Shown piece after piece: positions 13,913 through 26,153 of a stretch of DNA of 60,200 nucleotides (positions are counted from its first letter, which is position 1; every line of letters begins with the position of its first letter). The stretch comes from Perkinsus chesapeaki ATCC PRA-425 (taxonomy: Eukaryota; Protista; Perkinsozoa). Where the stretch lies: the NCBI GenBank assembly GCA_013115145.1, contig JAAPAO010000156.1:1-60200 (forward strand), written 5' to 3'. Under the pieces are notes generated by a model. It was not told where the DNA came from and searched no databases. It worked only from the letters and a program-made list of their open reading frames with translations. Made by a program: the position numbers and the translations under genes.

Positions 13913-16252
13913 TTGCTATGTATGAGTCTCAGCCGAACTGGCCACCACGCTCTGGCGGTCTCTAAAGGCCTTGTGTGTGGCGATTACATTGAGGGATTGC
14001 TGGCTGACGGGGACTCTCAAGAAGGCGCGCTCTGTAGCATGATACGCGACTTATGGGAAGAAGATAGATATGAGGTTCCCACCAAGGATCGACACCATAG
14101 ACGGGCTGAAAGCCGAGTACAGAGCCTTCTGGATAAGAGAAAGACGGAGAGATTAGAGCTAGGTAGCTGCACCAGGCATTTGACGTCATCGTCAGCAACT
14201 ACGTTTGGTTCTACAAACGTGACGCTATTGGGTACGCTCTGGCAACTACTGGGGACTGAAATGAAGCATTGCAACGGTCGACCGTTCAAGCTTGGCGATA
14301 AGCTGGCACGTGAGCTCGTGTACTCGGGATGGGAGCTCATATCTGCTGTGAGCGGGGAGGATAATAAAGACGAACGGCAAGCGCATGCGAACCTTTGCAA
14401 CTTCTTGGAGCAAGAAAGCATCATACCCTATGAAAGGTCGATAGGCCCTGTACGGAAATCTAGGTCGTCATCAAGAACTCGAACGGCCTCTACCGTAGCT
14501 CCGCCATCCACAACAGCATCTGGACTATATTCAAGGCACTCTACAGAAAAATTAGGAAGCCGTGCGGGGCGATTCAGGTATAGACCTGGAACGGATCTCA
14601 CTGGTCAGCGACCAACGACTGTGCTCACAGGACCTAGGCCAAGCACGAACGTGGTACGTAGTACGACTAGACTGCCAAGAGATGAGTCTCGTGATGACAA
14701 CTCCTCCATGGGGGTCCATCACGCTTCGGCTTGCGACACAATGCTTGCCATCACAATCAACAGGGCTTTGATTCGGCGGAACGAAGAATCTCTCAGAGGT
14801 GCGCTCAAGTTTGTCCAGGATCATGGCCGCGAGGGGCGGTTCCAGCTAATGGTGAATCTTATGAGGACCGAGTTACAGACAATAGAACGAGAGGAGGAAA
14901 TTGCTCGCATACGCGAATACCTGGCGGGAATCGGCGACGATGTTGACATGTTTGAGCTTGTAGAAGCAATTGAAGGACTCCCGAGGACGTTGTGGACTTC
15001 ACCTGAACACACTAGTTTATTGCAGCGATTATATAAATGTATAGAGGAGCGTCTGCAAAAAGTCACAGCTAGCCAAAACCCAGATGAGATCCACGGTGCA
15101 CTGACAGAAATGTCACAAGTATTACCAAAAAGTGTGCGTAGCAGCCCGAACGTTATATCAGCGATATCGCGTGCCGAGGAGATCTTCAGCAACTTAACCT
15201 CCCGAAAGAAGTCCGACAGACCATCACTAAGATACGTGATGAGCCGGACACCCAGTCAGGTCCATCAAGACGATGATAACTCCAGCAACGAGGAGGACCC
15301 GAATAGCAACACTGGTGATGAGCGACCAAACACAGAAGTTTACACAGAGGAGATTCTACCGGTAGCGAGAATGGAGAAGCTTGGTCCTGTAGATGGAGTG
15401 AGACTTGCTCTTATGTACAGAATTGGCTCACTCACTAAAGCCTACTACTACTTCTGTGATGACATGAAGAAATTCAAAACGATGAGCCCCTTCAAGTTTA
15501 GAAGAGTACTGGAGCAAGAGCTACTAATCCCGTGGGAGACATGTGCCGGACATTCGGATTTCCGACTGTTTTTCGACGAGTTCGAGCAAGAGAAGAACGG
15601 GGAGATTGGACCGATGGGACTCATTGGATTTGTACCACCTGAGGAGCACGACAGTCCAGATATCGAATGGAAGCGGTATTTGCATAACAAGGCATTGAGC
15701 AACGAACGGTGCGCGAGCATGGTGCTGAATGAGCGCCGTCCTGCTCGCTGGGATAATAAAGAGGAGTTCTTTCATATTATGAATGACCTCGAGAATAGAC
15801 CCGCCACACAAGAGACAATGCTACATGACTTCTGGCGGAATCAGGACAACCTGCTTTCGTGGAAAGAAAGGAAAACTGATATGGCTCGAGAGTTCCGCTC
15901 TAGACGTCTGGCGTCGAAAAAACAGCCGCGTAGAAGTGGAAGGTTGCCCCCGCTCAGCGAGAAAATGTCCCGAGATTTGGTTAGGAAAGCGATGAATGCC
16001 ACCAACGAGAAGACTGCTGAAGAAGAGAGAGTGCTACGGCTTGAAGGTTGTATCAAAGACTTGTACCGATCCCGCAAGGAGCTGGTTGAAGTCACTAAGA
16101 AGCTTAAAAGTGAACTTGAGCCCGCGGATACCGGCCAATTCCGGAACTTCCTTCTCGGTCCATCAGAAGATGGCGCTGATGGAATGAACAGTCCTCAGGG
16201 TATGGGATTTCTTTCGTGCTTAAGCACCGCATTCAGCAAGAGCCAGGCGTGA
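13913..16252 (+). CDS. Hypothetical protein, 779-aa uninterrupted ORF (upstream exons may start near 13377)
   Basis: 2.3 kb open frame with helical and coiled segments and a degenerate EF-hand-like stretch FRLFFDEFEQEKNGEIG. Confidence 0.65.
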   Translation: MLCMSLSRTGHHALAVSKGLVCGDYIEGLLADGDSQEGALCSMIRDLWEEDRYEVPTKDRHHRRAESRVQSLLDKRKTERLELGSCTRHLTSSSATTFGSTNVTLLGTLWQLLGTEMKHCNGRPFKLGDKLARELVYSGWELISAVSGEDNKDERQAHANLCNFLEQESIIPYERSIGPVRKSRSSSRTRTASTVAPPSTTASGLYSRHSTEKLGSRAGRFRYRPGTDLTGQRPTTVLTGPRPSTNVVRSTTRLPRDESRDDNSSMGVHHASACDTMLAITINRALIRRNEESLRGALKFVQDHGREGRFQLMVNLMRTELQTIEREEEIARIREYLAGIGDDVDMFELVEAIEGLPRTLWTSPEHTSLLQRLYKCIEERLQKVTASQNPDEIHGALTEMSQVLPKSVRSSPNVISAISRAEEIFSNLTSRKKSDRPSLRYVMSRTPSQVHQDDDNSSNEEDPNSNTGDERPNTEVYTEEILPVARMEKLGPVDGVRLALMYRIGSLTKAYYYFCDDMKKFKTMSPFKFRRVLEQELLIPWETCAGHSDFRLFFDEFEQEKNGEIGPMGLIGFVPPEEHDSPDIEWKRYLHNKALSNERCASMVLNERRPARWDNKEEFFHIMNDLENRPATQETMLHDFWRNQDNLLSWKERKTDMAREFRSRRLASKKQPRRSGRLPPLSEKMSRDLVRKAMNATNEKTAEEERVLRLEGCIKDLYRSRKELVEVTKKLKSELEPADTGQFRNFLLGPSEDGADGMNSPQGMGFLSCLSTAFSKSQA

Positions 16253-16660
16253 TAATGACAGGGGGGAATCATTGGTTGTTTTAAGTGAATGGTTGTTCCA
16301 TGTCCTATTATTGTGATCTATTATTGAGTTATAAAGATAAAGTCAATTTACGCGTCTAGTAACAACGTGATACACCAGGGTGCGAGATATTACACACAGT
16401 TGTAACTATGAGTTAGCTGCTTGCTAGATGTTACTAACAATCATCTAGACACCTCATGAGACAGTAAAGAGACGTTACTTTCGCTGTACTCTCGATGGCA
16501 TTTCGACTTGGAATAAGTTCTCCCTTCCTTTAATGACAACTTTCATAAAACACAAGCGGGCCTTTTAGGACTAAACCTACTATATTGATGGCACGCATGC
16601 GTCTAATGAGTCACATTGATTCAAAAAAGAACATTATCTTTCTAGCTACTACGAATAAAC

Positions 16661-17083
16661 TTAGCAGTAATATGGTTCTCCATCGCAATCCTCATCAGTA
16701 GGAGCGAAACATAAAGAGTCATCAGCCTTCTTGATGATACCAAAACACACTTGAGGATCCTGCCACGTCTTGCAGTATGATCCCCACTTAGACATACGAC
16801 ATTGTTCGAGGTTGTTGCATACATCATGGCAAGTTGGTTTAGGTTCTTCCTCTTCAGGGCAGTAGACCGGCATCAAGGTGGTATCATCGCAGCTTTCCTG
16901 CTCGGTAGGCTGGAAGCAATAACCATCGTCTTTATGGTAGAACCCAAAGCAAACACCATTGCTCTTGCAGTAGGAACCGTACTTCGAATTAGCGCAGGCT
17001 TCGTGGGAATCACACATCTCCTGACATGTATTATAAGTGGCAGAGACGCCGATAACATAGGCGATGACGGCGATGGATCTCAT
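16661..17083 (-). CDS. Secreted Cys-rich protein (140 aa) with two tandem 8-Cys modules
   Basis: Signal peptide MRSIAVIAYVIGVSA followed by two repeats of C-x3-C-x5-C-x2-S-x2-GSYCK...VCFG...CFxP...C...PxYC. Confidence 0.85.
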   Translation of the reverse strand: MRSIAVIAYVIGVSATYNTCQEMCDSHEACANSKYGSYCKSNGVCFGFYHKDDGYCFQPTEQESCDDTTLMPVYCPEEEEPKPTCHDVCNNLEQCRMSKWGSYCKTWQDPQVCFGIIKKADDSLCFAPTDEDCDGEPYYC

Positions 17084-18316
17084 GACAGGAAAAGAGGAGA
17101 AAGACACAGCTGACGAAGCAAGGTAGATCACTCAGTTCACATTAATTACATCAATGCTTCAGTGGCTTATCCGTATCTTCCGTAACGGTTAAAAGATACT
17201 CTACCACGCGCGGGACCGTATCCGAAACGGGTAGATACTCTGCGCGGATGTTGTGAGATGTTGAAGAGTGTTGGATGATGGATCATCACCGATGGTCATG
17301 CTTAATGCTCCTTGATCCTGATCCTTCTATCTTGCCTTCATCTTGGCATGCCTGACCTTTTGTTGCGTGCGAGTATTTTGCGTGCCACTTACAATTGTGT
17401 TTCACGGCCGACGGACGTTATGAAGTCGTCCGTTGGGAACTGGATTGAATTCTTCCGTATTGGTCTATGTCAGACTTGGAGCACCATATTTCAGTTTTGG
17501 ACTCGAAACTCGCCTTCGAGCAGGAATACATTGTTTGAATCGTCCCACGTATTGCTCGTTTGATAAGGAAAGTTTCGATCTGATACCTTCGAACCGGGTT
17601 CGATAATGACCATTTTAACAACTCTTTTTCTGTTATGCATCGGTGAGGAACCACGTTTATGCGTGGAGAAGCTTCAGGGATTCAGCGGGGCCACGGGATG
17701 GATCGACTTTAGCTGTCAATAAGTTGCTGAAATAGCATGCCCGCTCCACACTTCATGTCACGTATATCTCTGTATAACCGAAAAGTCTTGAGGCACGACT
17801 ATGTTCTATACGTAATCCAACTAGTGAAGCATGAGCAAAAAAGTTACTCAGATCGAACCAAGCGGTTGTATCCGTAAGAAGACTCCACGTTTAATGACTT
17901 CTCTACTATGCTGTATCCGCTCGGGATATAGGCGTCAAAGAGACTAATCTTAGTGTGCAAGGCGGTAGATTGGCTGTAGGTAGACCCATTCAAGACTGAC
18001 TAAAGTCGCTTGTCAACAGGTCCTCAAAATCTCGGCAAACCCCCCATGATTCGGCAAAAACCCTGTCATCCAGGACGTGAAACGAGCTCTCCAGGGACCC
18101 TGGCGCCGCTCCATGATCGTAGTGTGTTTGCGTGTAGGAGAGCACACCGTAATCATTACCCCGCGTAGGATTTTTACTAAAAATTTACTAAAAATTTTTT
18201 AGTACTGGGATGTATTGCGAGTCATCATCAACAAACATTTCATCCTTCTCGTGCACCGGTTTCTCGGTATTCTCCCGCGTAGGCGATTGGGTGTCACAGG
18301 CTTATTGTTGAGTAAT

Positions 18317-18736
18317 ATGACAAAGCTACTTCAACTACTCTCTTTGGTTATCGTTGTGCTCGTTATCCCTGGCTACGCCCAGAACCACACGTTCAAAGGT
18401 GTCTATACTACAAAGGCTTCGGCTCTTACTGTAGAAATTACTTATGATGAGAGTAAACCTCAAACTATGGTCGTATATCTGGAAGACTCCAAGGACAAGC
18501 ATACTTTCAATGTCAAGGCGCGGAAGAATCCACACCATAAGGATAAATATAAATTGGAATGGGAACCGGCCGACCATAAGCTGATGGTCCCCTTCTTGAA
18601 GCGCCTCGAAGAGAAGTACCGCATAGCAATGCATGTTGTAGTCTTCGCTGATAAGTGGGCACAAGCTAGTCTGTACATGTTCGCTAAAAAGGGGGGACCT
18701 CCCCCTCTCCCCTTCGTGCTCAAGCCAGTGTCGTAA
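18317..18736 (+). CDS. Small secreted protein (139 aa), unrecognised family, copy B
   Basis: ATG at 18317 gives the signal peptide MTKLLQLLSLVIVVLVIPGYA. Homologous along its full length to 381-809. Confidence 0.8.
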   Translation: MTKLLQLLSLVIVVLVIPGYAQNHTFKGVYTTKASALTVEITYDESKPQTMVVYLEDSKDKHTFNVKARKNPHHKDKYKLEWEPADHKLMVPFLKRLEEKYRIAMHVVVFADKWAQASLYMFAKKGGPPPLPFVLKPVS

Positions 18737-19650
18737 AAACCACACGATAACTGGACTAGCCCATCCTAGATGGTACCGATCTGTTTTCATTGTGGCTTAT
18801 CTTCGAGATATCTCCTATTGAGTAGTGTCTATTTCTTTTTTCTTGTACAGACGTGCAGAAGGATGTATGCCCTTACTCTTGGGCTTTTACTCAGTTACCT
18901 AGTTTAGCATTCGGTTGAGAGCTCCGAATTCTCGGTATGAGCAGCATACCATGGTCTCCTGCCGAACTTATGCAAGATAGATCCTGGTCGAATCAGATAG
19001 TAGTTGACTTGCGATCGTAAGTTACGACTCGTAACGAATGGACTTACTTGTGCTCAGCGAGCCAGTGGCGAGCCAAAGAGAGATGAAGTTCTAGGTGAAG
19101 TCAATGGCAGGGCTAAACCATCGACTTGAACCTACCGATGATAGCATCGATAGGCATGGCTTCACAGAGGCGAACCGCCTCCACCGAAGGCCACCGAAGA
19201 AGTTATTAACACCGGGTTGGGTGAAGTGCAGATACTCGTCGGAGAAGACTGTGGTCCAGTGAAAGCAAAGGTTCTTGACTCTGATACCAGTGAGACCAAT
19301 GTATCGATATGCTGCTTGACCCATTGTTGGTCGCAAATCCCACTCTAGACGACTTGCCCACGGTTATATTGTGAACGACTATATATCCGATCGTGTGGTA
19401 TACACCTGGTATACACCATCGCATGCAGAGTCCGCCCACTACTGCTAATCGCAATAGCGTCCATGACTCAGAATATAGCAGCTCTTTTACGGCTATGGTG
19501 TTATAGGGTAGACAGGATAATCTGGCGTGAAGTCTCCCAACATTCCGTTGGATTTGTTCAACTCGAGACTGTTCATGACCGGAGAAATATGCCAACGTTA
19601 GGTTTAGAAACACGCACGCAGCTAAGCACAAGTACTTATCGTAGTGATCA

Positions 19651-20604
19651 TTAAAGTCGACTGATGCATGGGCCCTCCCTGCCAGAGGGATTCACGCCGT
19701 GATAGTCAAAGTTCAATAGATGAGCGATTTGCTCCCACCGATCTCCACCAAAGAACATGTTAACCTTACCACACACGTGGACGACAAATGAAGGTGATCC
19801 GAATATGTGGTGCTTCTGAGCATTCAATAACTTAACGAGGATACCGTCACTCACTTCTATTGCTTCTTTAGTCGAGTTCATAAGATCCGCTTTTCCCACT
19901 GATTTCGACTCTTCGATCAACGCATCACCGGCCCCAGTGCTTAGACCAGCGTCCTTACACAGCTTCTGTAAGAAGGTGTTATCTACCAGAGGAGAAGACC
20001 TTATAATAATACAGTGAACCGTGAATTATCTCTTCAAGACTTGATTTCCTACTTATTTCGATAAAGTTGTTCTGGAAGTCCCTAAGACTCCTATCCTCCC
20101 ACAGAGCCCTGAAGGCAGATTCAGTCAGCTTCTCCTTGATCTCTGCGTTCGGTGCAGCGGCCAATAACCTTCACATTGACTATTGTTCTAGAAATGCCTT
20201 AACAGGCTCACCGCTGAACTTGAAGGATCTGACCTGCGACTTGCGAGAAGAAGTTTGTCGGCACAGGAAGCAGTGGAACCTTGAGCATATGAGCGGCTCG
20301 CCTGGAAACGAATAGAGATTCTATCACAGCTGAGAGAGTCGCTGTACTTGAGATCCTCCATCATAAATATTGATTTATTGGGTACAACGGCTGGAGGACG
20401 ATTGCCGCTCCCTTTCATAATACCGCCCAAGAAGACAGGACGGAGTACGACTTCAAGATCCCATATAGTGCCTGAGTTAATACTGTACTGACGTATATTA
20501 AGGTTAGCCTTACGATATTGCTTGAGAGTTTGCCAAGCGAGATAGGTATAAGGCGACACAACGTCATAGAAGAACTCGACCTTGATCTTACCGGGTGGAA
20601 CCAT
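19651..20604 (-). CDS. GSTK1: Kappa-class glutathione S-transferase / DsbA-like (HCCA isomerase family; multi-exon)
   Basis: VEFFYDVVSPYTY, RPVFLGGIMKGSGNRPPAVVPNK and IFGSPSFVV...MFFGGDRWEQI. Confidence 0.9.
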
Positions 20605-20914
20605 TGAAATGGATAAATCAATTGGTGTTGAAAAGTAGTGGCAGAATCGTTATAGTGGCGTTAGAGTGATGGCAAATGTCGTCCAAGCAACATAATTAAC
20701 GTTATAACTATAAACACAAGACAAGGAGGAGTTGCCGCATATACCTTATACGCTTATTATTATCGTCATCATAGTAAAACTCTTAAGCGATCATCAGCTT
20801 CATTACCCACTCACAGTCAATGTAAGAAGGCGGTCTTGAAAGATCGCAAAAAAGACTACTACTAATCATCATCACATACTCATCATAAGAATAATAAGAA
20901 TAGCCTTATTAGGC

Positions 20915-21905
20915 TTACTGTACGAACTTGTCCTCGCGCACAAGTAGCTTGCGGCCTTCGAACTCGTACTCGTTAAATTTCTCTGACAGTTGAGAACAGG
21001 TCAAAGTTTACGGTACAAGAAACATTCTGCCTTACCAATAGCCTTCGTAGAGCTATCTTCATCCTCAAACAGAACGGTAGCGAATCCCTTGGATCGACCA
21101 TCCCAATTCTCAGCGATATCAACGCGGATTACTTCACCACATTCACGGAAAAGATCTTTAAGATCTTGCCAAGCTGTCCTCCATGGTAACTAATATATAT
21201 AATTATTAAATAATTAATAATTAAGTAATTACATTTCCAACATAAACAAGCCTTCCTTTATCACGTGGTCCAACACGTAAAGGTCTTAAGCCACCTTTAC
21301 CTTTGAATCCTTTAAAACCTTTACCCTTACCGGCAGCTGCTAATAACAATAATATATTATTAAATTAATAATAAACTTACGATATCCCCAATCATTTCCC
21401 CAATCCCAATATCCTTTTCCTTTACCCTTCCCCTTCCCTTTCCCTTTACCCTTCCCCTTGCCACCTTTACCACCGCGTGGAGAGCCTACAACAGAAAAGC
21501 GTTTTTGGCGGGATTGATCGCGCTGATCCTACCGTTTTCGGACCTTGGCTTTGCGGGGCCGCGGTCTTCTCTAACGAATATCTGCCTTTCGCCTAACTTG
21601 GTATCGTTCATTTCCTCGATAGCCTTCTCAACCGAGCTGGCATCTTTGAATTCAACGATTCTAATAATATAATAAGGATGCTGTTATTTATGTTGTATTG
21701 ATGATGATAGCCATTACCCGCATCCTTTAGATTTACCATCATGCCTTGTAAGTATCTCAACAGATACAACTGGACCAACCTTCTTCATATAATCACCAAG
21801 CTCATCCTCAGTGGTCTAAATTAGTTATATAAATATTATTTATAATATTATTATTACCGTCCAATCAAGATTACCAACATAAACACACTTATCCTGCGAT
21901 GCCAT
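20915..21905 (-). CDS. Gbp1/Gbp2-like two-RRM RNA/ssDNA-binding protein with (KG)n linker, copy A
   Basis: [66 protein letters not shown] and GRKLLVREDK; 6 short introns. Confidence 0.9.
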
Positions 21906-21967
21906 ACTTCCTTTTATTATAAGTTATCCGCTACAACGGCTGACAGTCCACGGGACGCCACGTTAAG
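21056..21967 (-). repeat. Left arm of mosaic inverted repeat (tracts 21556-21967 and 21056-21429)
   Basis: Reverse complement matches 29897-30308 (412 bp, 2 mismatches) and 30450-30823 (374 bp, 2 mismatches) by manual comparison. Confidence 0.95.
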
Positions 21968-22280
21968 CAAATAAAACGCCTACAACGACACGTAATTCCG
22001 CACTGCGGAAGGACCATTGAAGGAGGAGCACCGGCGACCGTGCAACGCCACCGGCGTCTTGCAATAGAGACATTGCAAGTGCAGACAAGTTTGCAAGATT
22101 GATAAAGTCACGCGCCGCGAAATGTGTGCGGAGGTGTTAGTCAGCGTCGCCTGTGAATAGAGCCGATATCATTAGTCATGTCAAGTGCGCATTCTTCCGT
22201 ATCCAACTCTCAAGGCCATACAGAGGAGTAAGTGCTTATATATTGATTTGGAGATATTGCAACTGGAACTTTTCCGAGTT

Positions 22281-24831
22281 ATGACACTCGTTCGAAGCAC
22301 TATTGACAATACGATAAACAATAAATCTTTCACCTTACGAAAGGTACCTTAACAAGCCTTAAGAACTCTATCCGATCAATAGGCTGGTATTCTCCCTGAC
22401 TTCCATTCGTCTGGCACGCGGAGAATACTCGAGATGTTCAATGCATCCTGTTCCACCGCAACACACAACTGCTGTCAGGTCCCCGAGCGGTGGTGACAGT
22501 GAGACCGATCCCTTACTGGATCTAGACGAGGCTCTTTCGCGCTATCTTCAACGGTATGGGTATTACAAGCTACAGCGCCGCGACAGTAGAACACACAACC
22601 TTACCTTTGCGTAGTGATGGTAAACATGGTAGGCGGAGAAGTGGACGAAGATAGCAACGGTCCAAGGAGGCAACAGTCAGCGATGCTAATGCTAGGGAAT
22701 ATGAAATCCAGTGACGAGCTATCGGTAGAACACTACCAGTAATCAGGACGATATATAACACCTTGGACAGCAGGTTAAAAGTAGATCAGCGCCGCCATCA
22801 AGAGGACAGCAGCGAAGAGGTAAGGTTACCTTATTAACATATAGGATATACATAATCAGGCGCGCATAGCCAAGAAAAGAGAGCTTTAGGAACACTTACC
22901 GATGTACGAAGCACTAGTAAATAGATGATGGCAGTGCTCAGGCCGAGTATGAGACATTTCTGGCCGACTTGAGAGAAGAAGCAAACGAGTTGCTAGCGGC
23001 ACGCGCGGAGGCGGCTGCCAAGAAGCCCGACGATGGTGAGTTATCGCATTGGGAAAGAATTAACTCACACAGTGTCTTAGATAATTCTGATGATGGCGGA
23101 ACCTTGTCAGATTTTTGGGATTCATCCAAGGGGTAAAAGTCTTGCTCCCGAATGCTCGCAAAATATCTGGTCTATCAGATCTCAGCAGTCAGGCTCAAGC
23201 CTCTACGATCCGGCAGCAGAGGCAGCTAAGGAATATAAAGTCGAAGAGCTCGATATCACGCTAGTTCGTAAGGCCGGTCAGCTACATTGGTCAGACGAAG
23301 ACAATTGCGGTCTCGATCTTGACTGGGCGTCGGTGAGATAGAAGCATCTATTTCGAATGGGGGGCAGGCCTCTCCAGGACCCGTTGACGGTCGAAGAGGT
23401 GGAAGAGGGGAGCACTGGTCAAGAGTGTGGGCTCCGAAATGGAGACGAAATAATGAGAGTAAATGGTTTTAATATACGTGAAGTTGGAGAAGAAAGATTT
23501 ACAGAAATGTTGAAGTGTGATTACCCAGAGGTTGATACTAGTATCCCATAAATCAGATGCCTTCCAATAACACTTACTATCGTACGAAGGACACGAATAG
23601 GCACACCCGCCCAGTCCTCCACGAGAAGTGATTCACCACGCGGTGGCAATGTCCCGCATATCTTTTGCAGTGCGCCCTCGATGGTGGATCTCGGTGGGAT
23701 GAAAAGTACGTCAATGGCAACTTGTTCCGGTGATGATTCAAGTCTGACCTTCGCTCACGTACCCCGGTTGCATCTCTAGAATTCTTGTCGAACAAGGCTT
23801 GTCCTTAACCGTTTTCTATAAAGGTGCCGAGCTCCAGCTGCAAGACCTATCTGACTTCCAACATCTAATCGAGGAGCTCCGAGGCATCCTCCCCTCTCAG
23901 ACCGTAGAGGCGATAAAGATGCAACTGTCAAAACTTCATGACCATTTTATATCATTACGGATACAAGCAAGTTCAACCGTCACGACGTATTCACTGTATC
24001 CTTATTTCTTGTAGTTGGTGGATGCGACAGCCTCCATTAGTGGCTTGCATCGCGAGTTCGAGGAGAATGTCTTGGCGGAAATCCAGCGGATAAAAGTCGA
24101 GTCTAGTAAAGCAAAGACCACCACACCTGTGGCCGCGGAGAACACCTCTGGTGGGCCACGGCTGGTCGGATGCGATCCCTAAAATTTATTTGTCAGAAGA
24201 GAAGAATTGGAAAAAAACCGAAACAGTGGTGATGCCCGGTGGAGGATCTGCCAAGGTTCGCAAAGGCAGGATAGTAGTTCATAAAAAAGATCTCGAGGAG
24301 GTGAAGACAGTGCCACAAAGACTTTGTTGTCCAAGGCTTCTGTATCTGCTCAGGCATTGAAGTCCTCACGGTTAATTGATTCAGCGGCCCATCCATCTTC
24401 AAGTTTGTCATGTTCTTATGAACCACCTTTAATAACGGATGTATGATAGTTACCGTCGCCGCTTGCGTTACAGTACCTAACAAGACGCAATATATGAAGT
24501 CATCTGCGAGGAAACATAACATCACTCATCATGCATCCCTTTGATCAGCATAGGATAAAAAAAACAAATACGGATCAAAGCGAGTCTAGCAAAGCACCAT
24601 AGCGTTATTGAAGATCATCTTGAAGATTCATCTTCAGAAGATGAATCCTCACAAAAGGCTGCTGCCCCTGTCGTCGCTAAGTACTCTCCTGGCGGGCTAC
24701 CACTTGTCTCACTCAATGATAGAACCTTGTCGTATCAGGAGAGAAATGTACAAAAAAAGGCAACTATGGTGATGATAGGCGGCGGATCTGTTGGGGTTCG
24801 CAAAAGCAGAACTACAGTTCGTAAAAAGTAA
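22281..24831 (+). CDS. PDZ-domain-containing protein (multi-exon; boundaries approximate)
   Basis: Exon 23357-23551 reads LTVEEVEEGSTGQECGLRNGDEIMRVNG (PDZ betaC-alphaA-betaD). Flanking coiled exons are present and the basic C-terminus ends RTTVRKK*. Confidence 0.55.
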
Positions 24832-25925
24832 CTCGAGGAAGTAAAGACGGCACCTAGAAGAAGTACGTTATCGCTCCGATCTAGGATCTCTAACGGTTGG
24901 TCGCCTTTTGGGTTCGAGACCAACGACACCAAAAAGATGGTCGGGACTCCTGGTGATACCTAGCGGAGCTGAGTGCAACGGATTTCTAGCCTCAAAGACG
25001 TTGCGGTCTTCTTGTAGTTATCCACTCCAATTGGGAGCAACGGTTTTCATTACTTTTGCGACCCGTTATATGTACTCTCAGACTGCCCTACGTGGCGAAC
25101 GATTATTTTGTAAATAGTTGCGTGCCAAAAGGGTTTACGTAGAACGTGCATGAGGGTGTTGTCTTACTGAGATCCATGTGCGGCCTCAGAAGGTCAACTA
25201 CGGAACATTATGTGGACTATAAAATCTCCTCTCTCAGTCAGGCTTGAGCGTATATTGTCAAACTGACAATTTCACACTGAAATGTAACGTCCATCGTGGA
25301 GTGAAACTTTGTGCGATTGGGAGTGTGATTTGCAGACTCATGTGGGCGCTGCTCGACACGCCGCCTACATACTCTAGGTCAGGGTATGTATCCGAGAATC
25401 CAGGGTACGATGCGCAGGTTACCCTGCGGCTCCGACCACGCGACAGAACCTTGCGGAGCTAAAACCGTTGGGTTCGATTGCCTCGGGCCACACTTTGTTC
25501 GGGCTTCAGTGGGCATATCCACGTGGGCTCACTTGAGGGAAGATTTGCGCAGCAATGTGATGAGCTCTGTTGAACCTCGTAACAAGGTTCTTGCCTTCCG
25601 GGGAAGGGGGTGATTCTCGCTTAGGGAGCAAAGGTGTGCTTTTTGACGATGGATCATATCCATTGACCGCAGTAACGAACTCTACGCTAGAAATATGAGA
25701 TTTGCAACAAGGGGGTCCATAATGGATCATCCAGTGAGTGGGACGATCACAAAAGGACAATGACCGAGATAGTTAACTCCTTTCAGAGCTGATAAGATCA
25801 CTCTGATCTCCGTTAAGAACTCGTGAACCGTTAAGAAATCTATAACAAGTCTAATGTTATAATGGTCACTCATATTATAAGTCGCTTGAGACCTTCGATA
25901 GAGCAAATGAAGCAAAATCAGCTTA

Positions 25926-26153
25926 TCAAAGGCATACACGAACCCTGCAATCGGGAGTCTGAGTGCAATGGTAGAGCTTTCCGAGGTGCGGCTCAGATTG
26001 ACATTCACTATCATCTTTACAGTTCTTCGTACACTGGCCAGCATAACATATTGGTACTGAACTTGGGCAGTCTGAGCACTTATTGCAGTAAACGAAGGCG
26101 ACTGTTCTGACCAACATAGTAGCAATACAGAGGAGTAGAAGATTGGGCGACAT
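25926..26153 (-). CDS. Small secreted cysteine-rich peptide (75 aa, 10 Cys in mature part)
   Basis: Hydrophobic leader MSPNLLLLCIATMLVRTVA, then YCNKCSDCPSSVPICYAGQCTKNCKDDSEC...HCTQTPDCRVRVCL. Confidence 0.65.
   Translation of the reverse strand: MSPNLLLLCIATMLVRTVAFVYCNKCSDCPSSVPICYAGQCTKNCKDDSECQSEPHLGKLYHCTQTPDCRVRVCL

Noticed and set aside
19091-19631. Overlapping ORFs downstream of the GST gene
   Set aside because: No motif, signal or consistent exon structure could be established.
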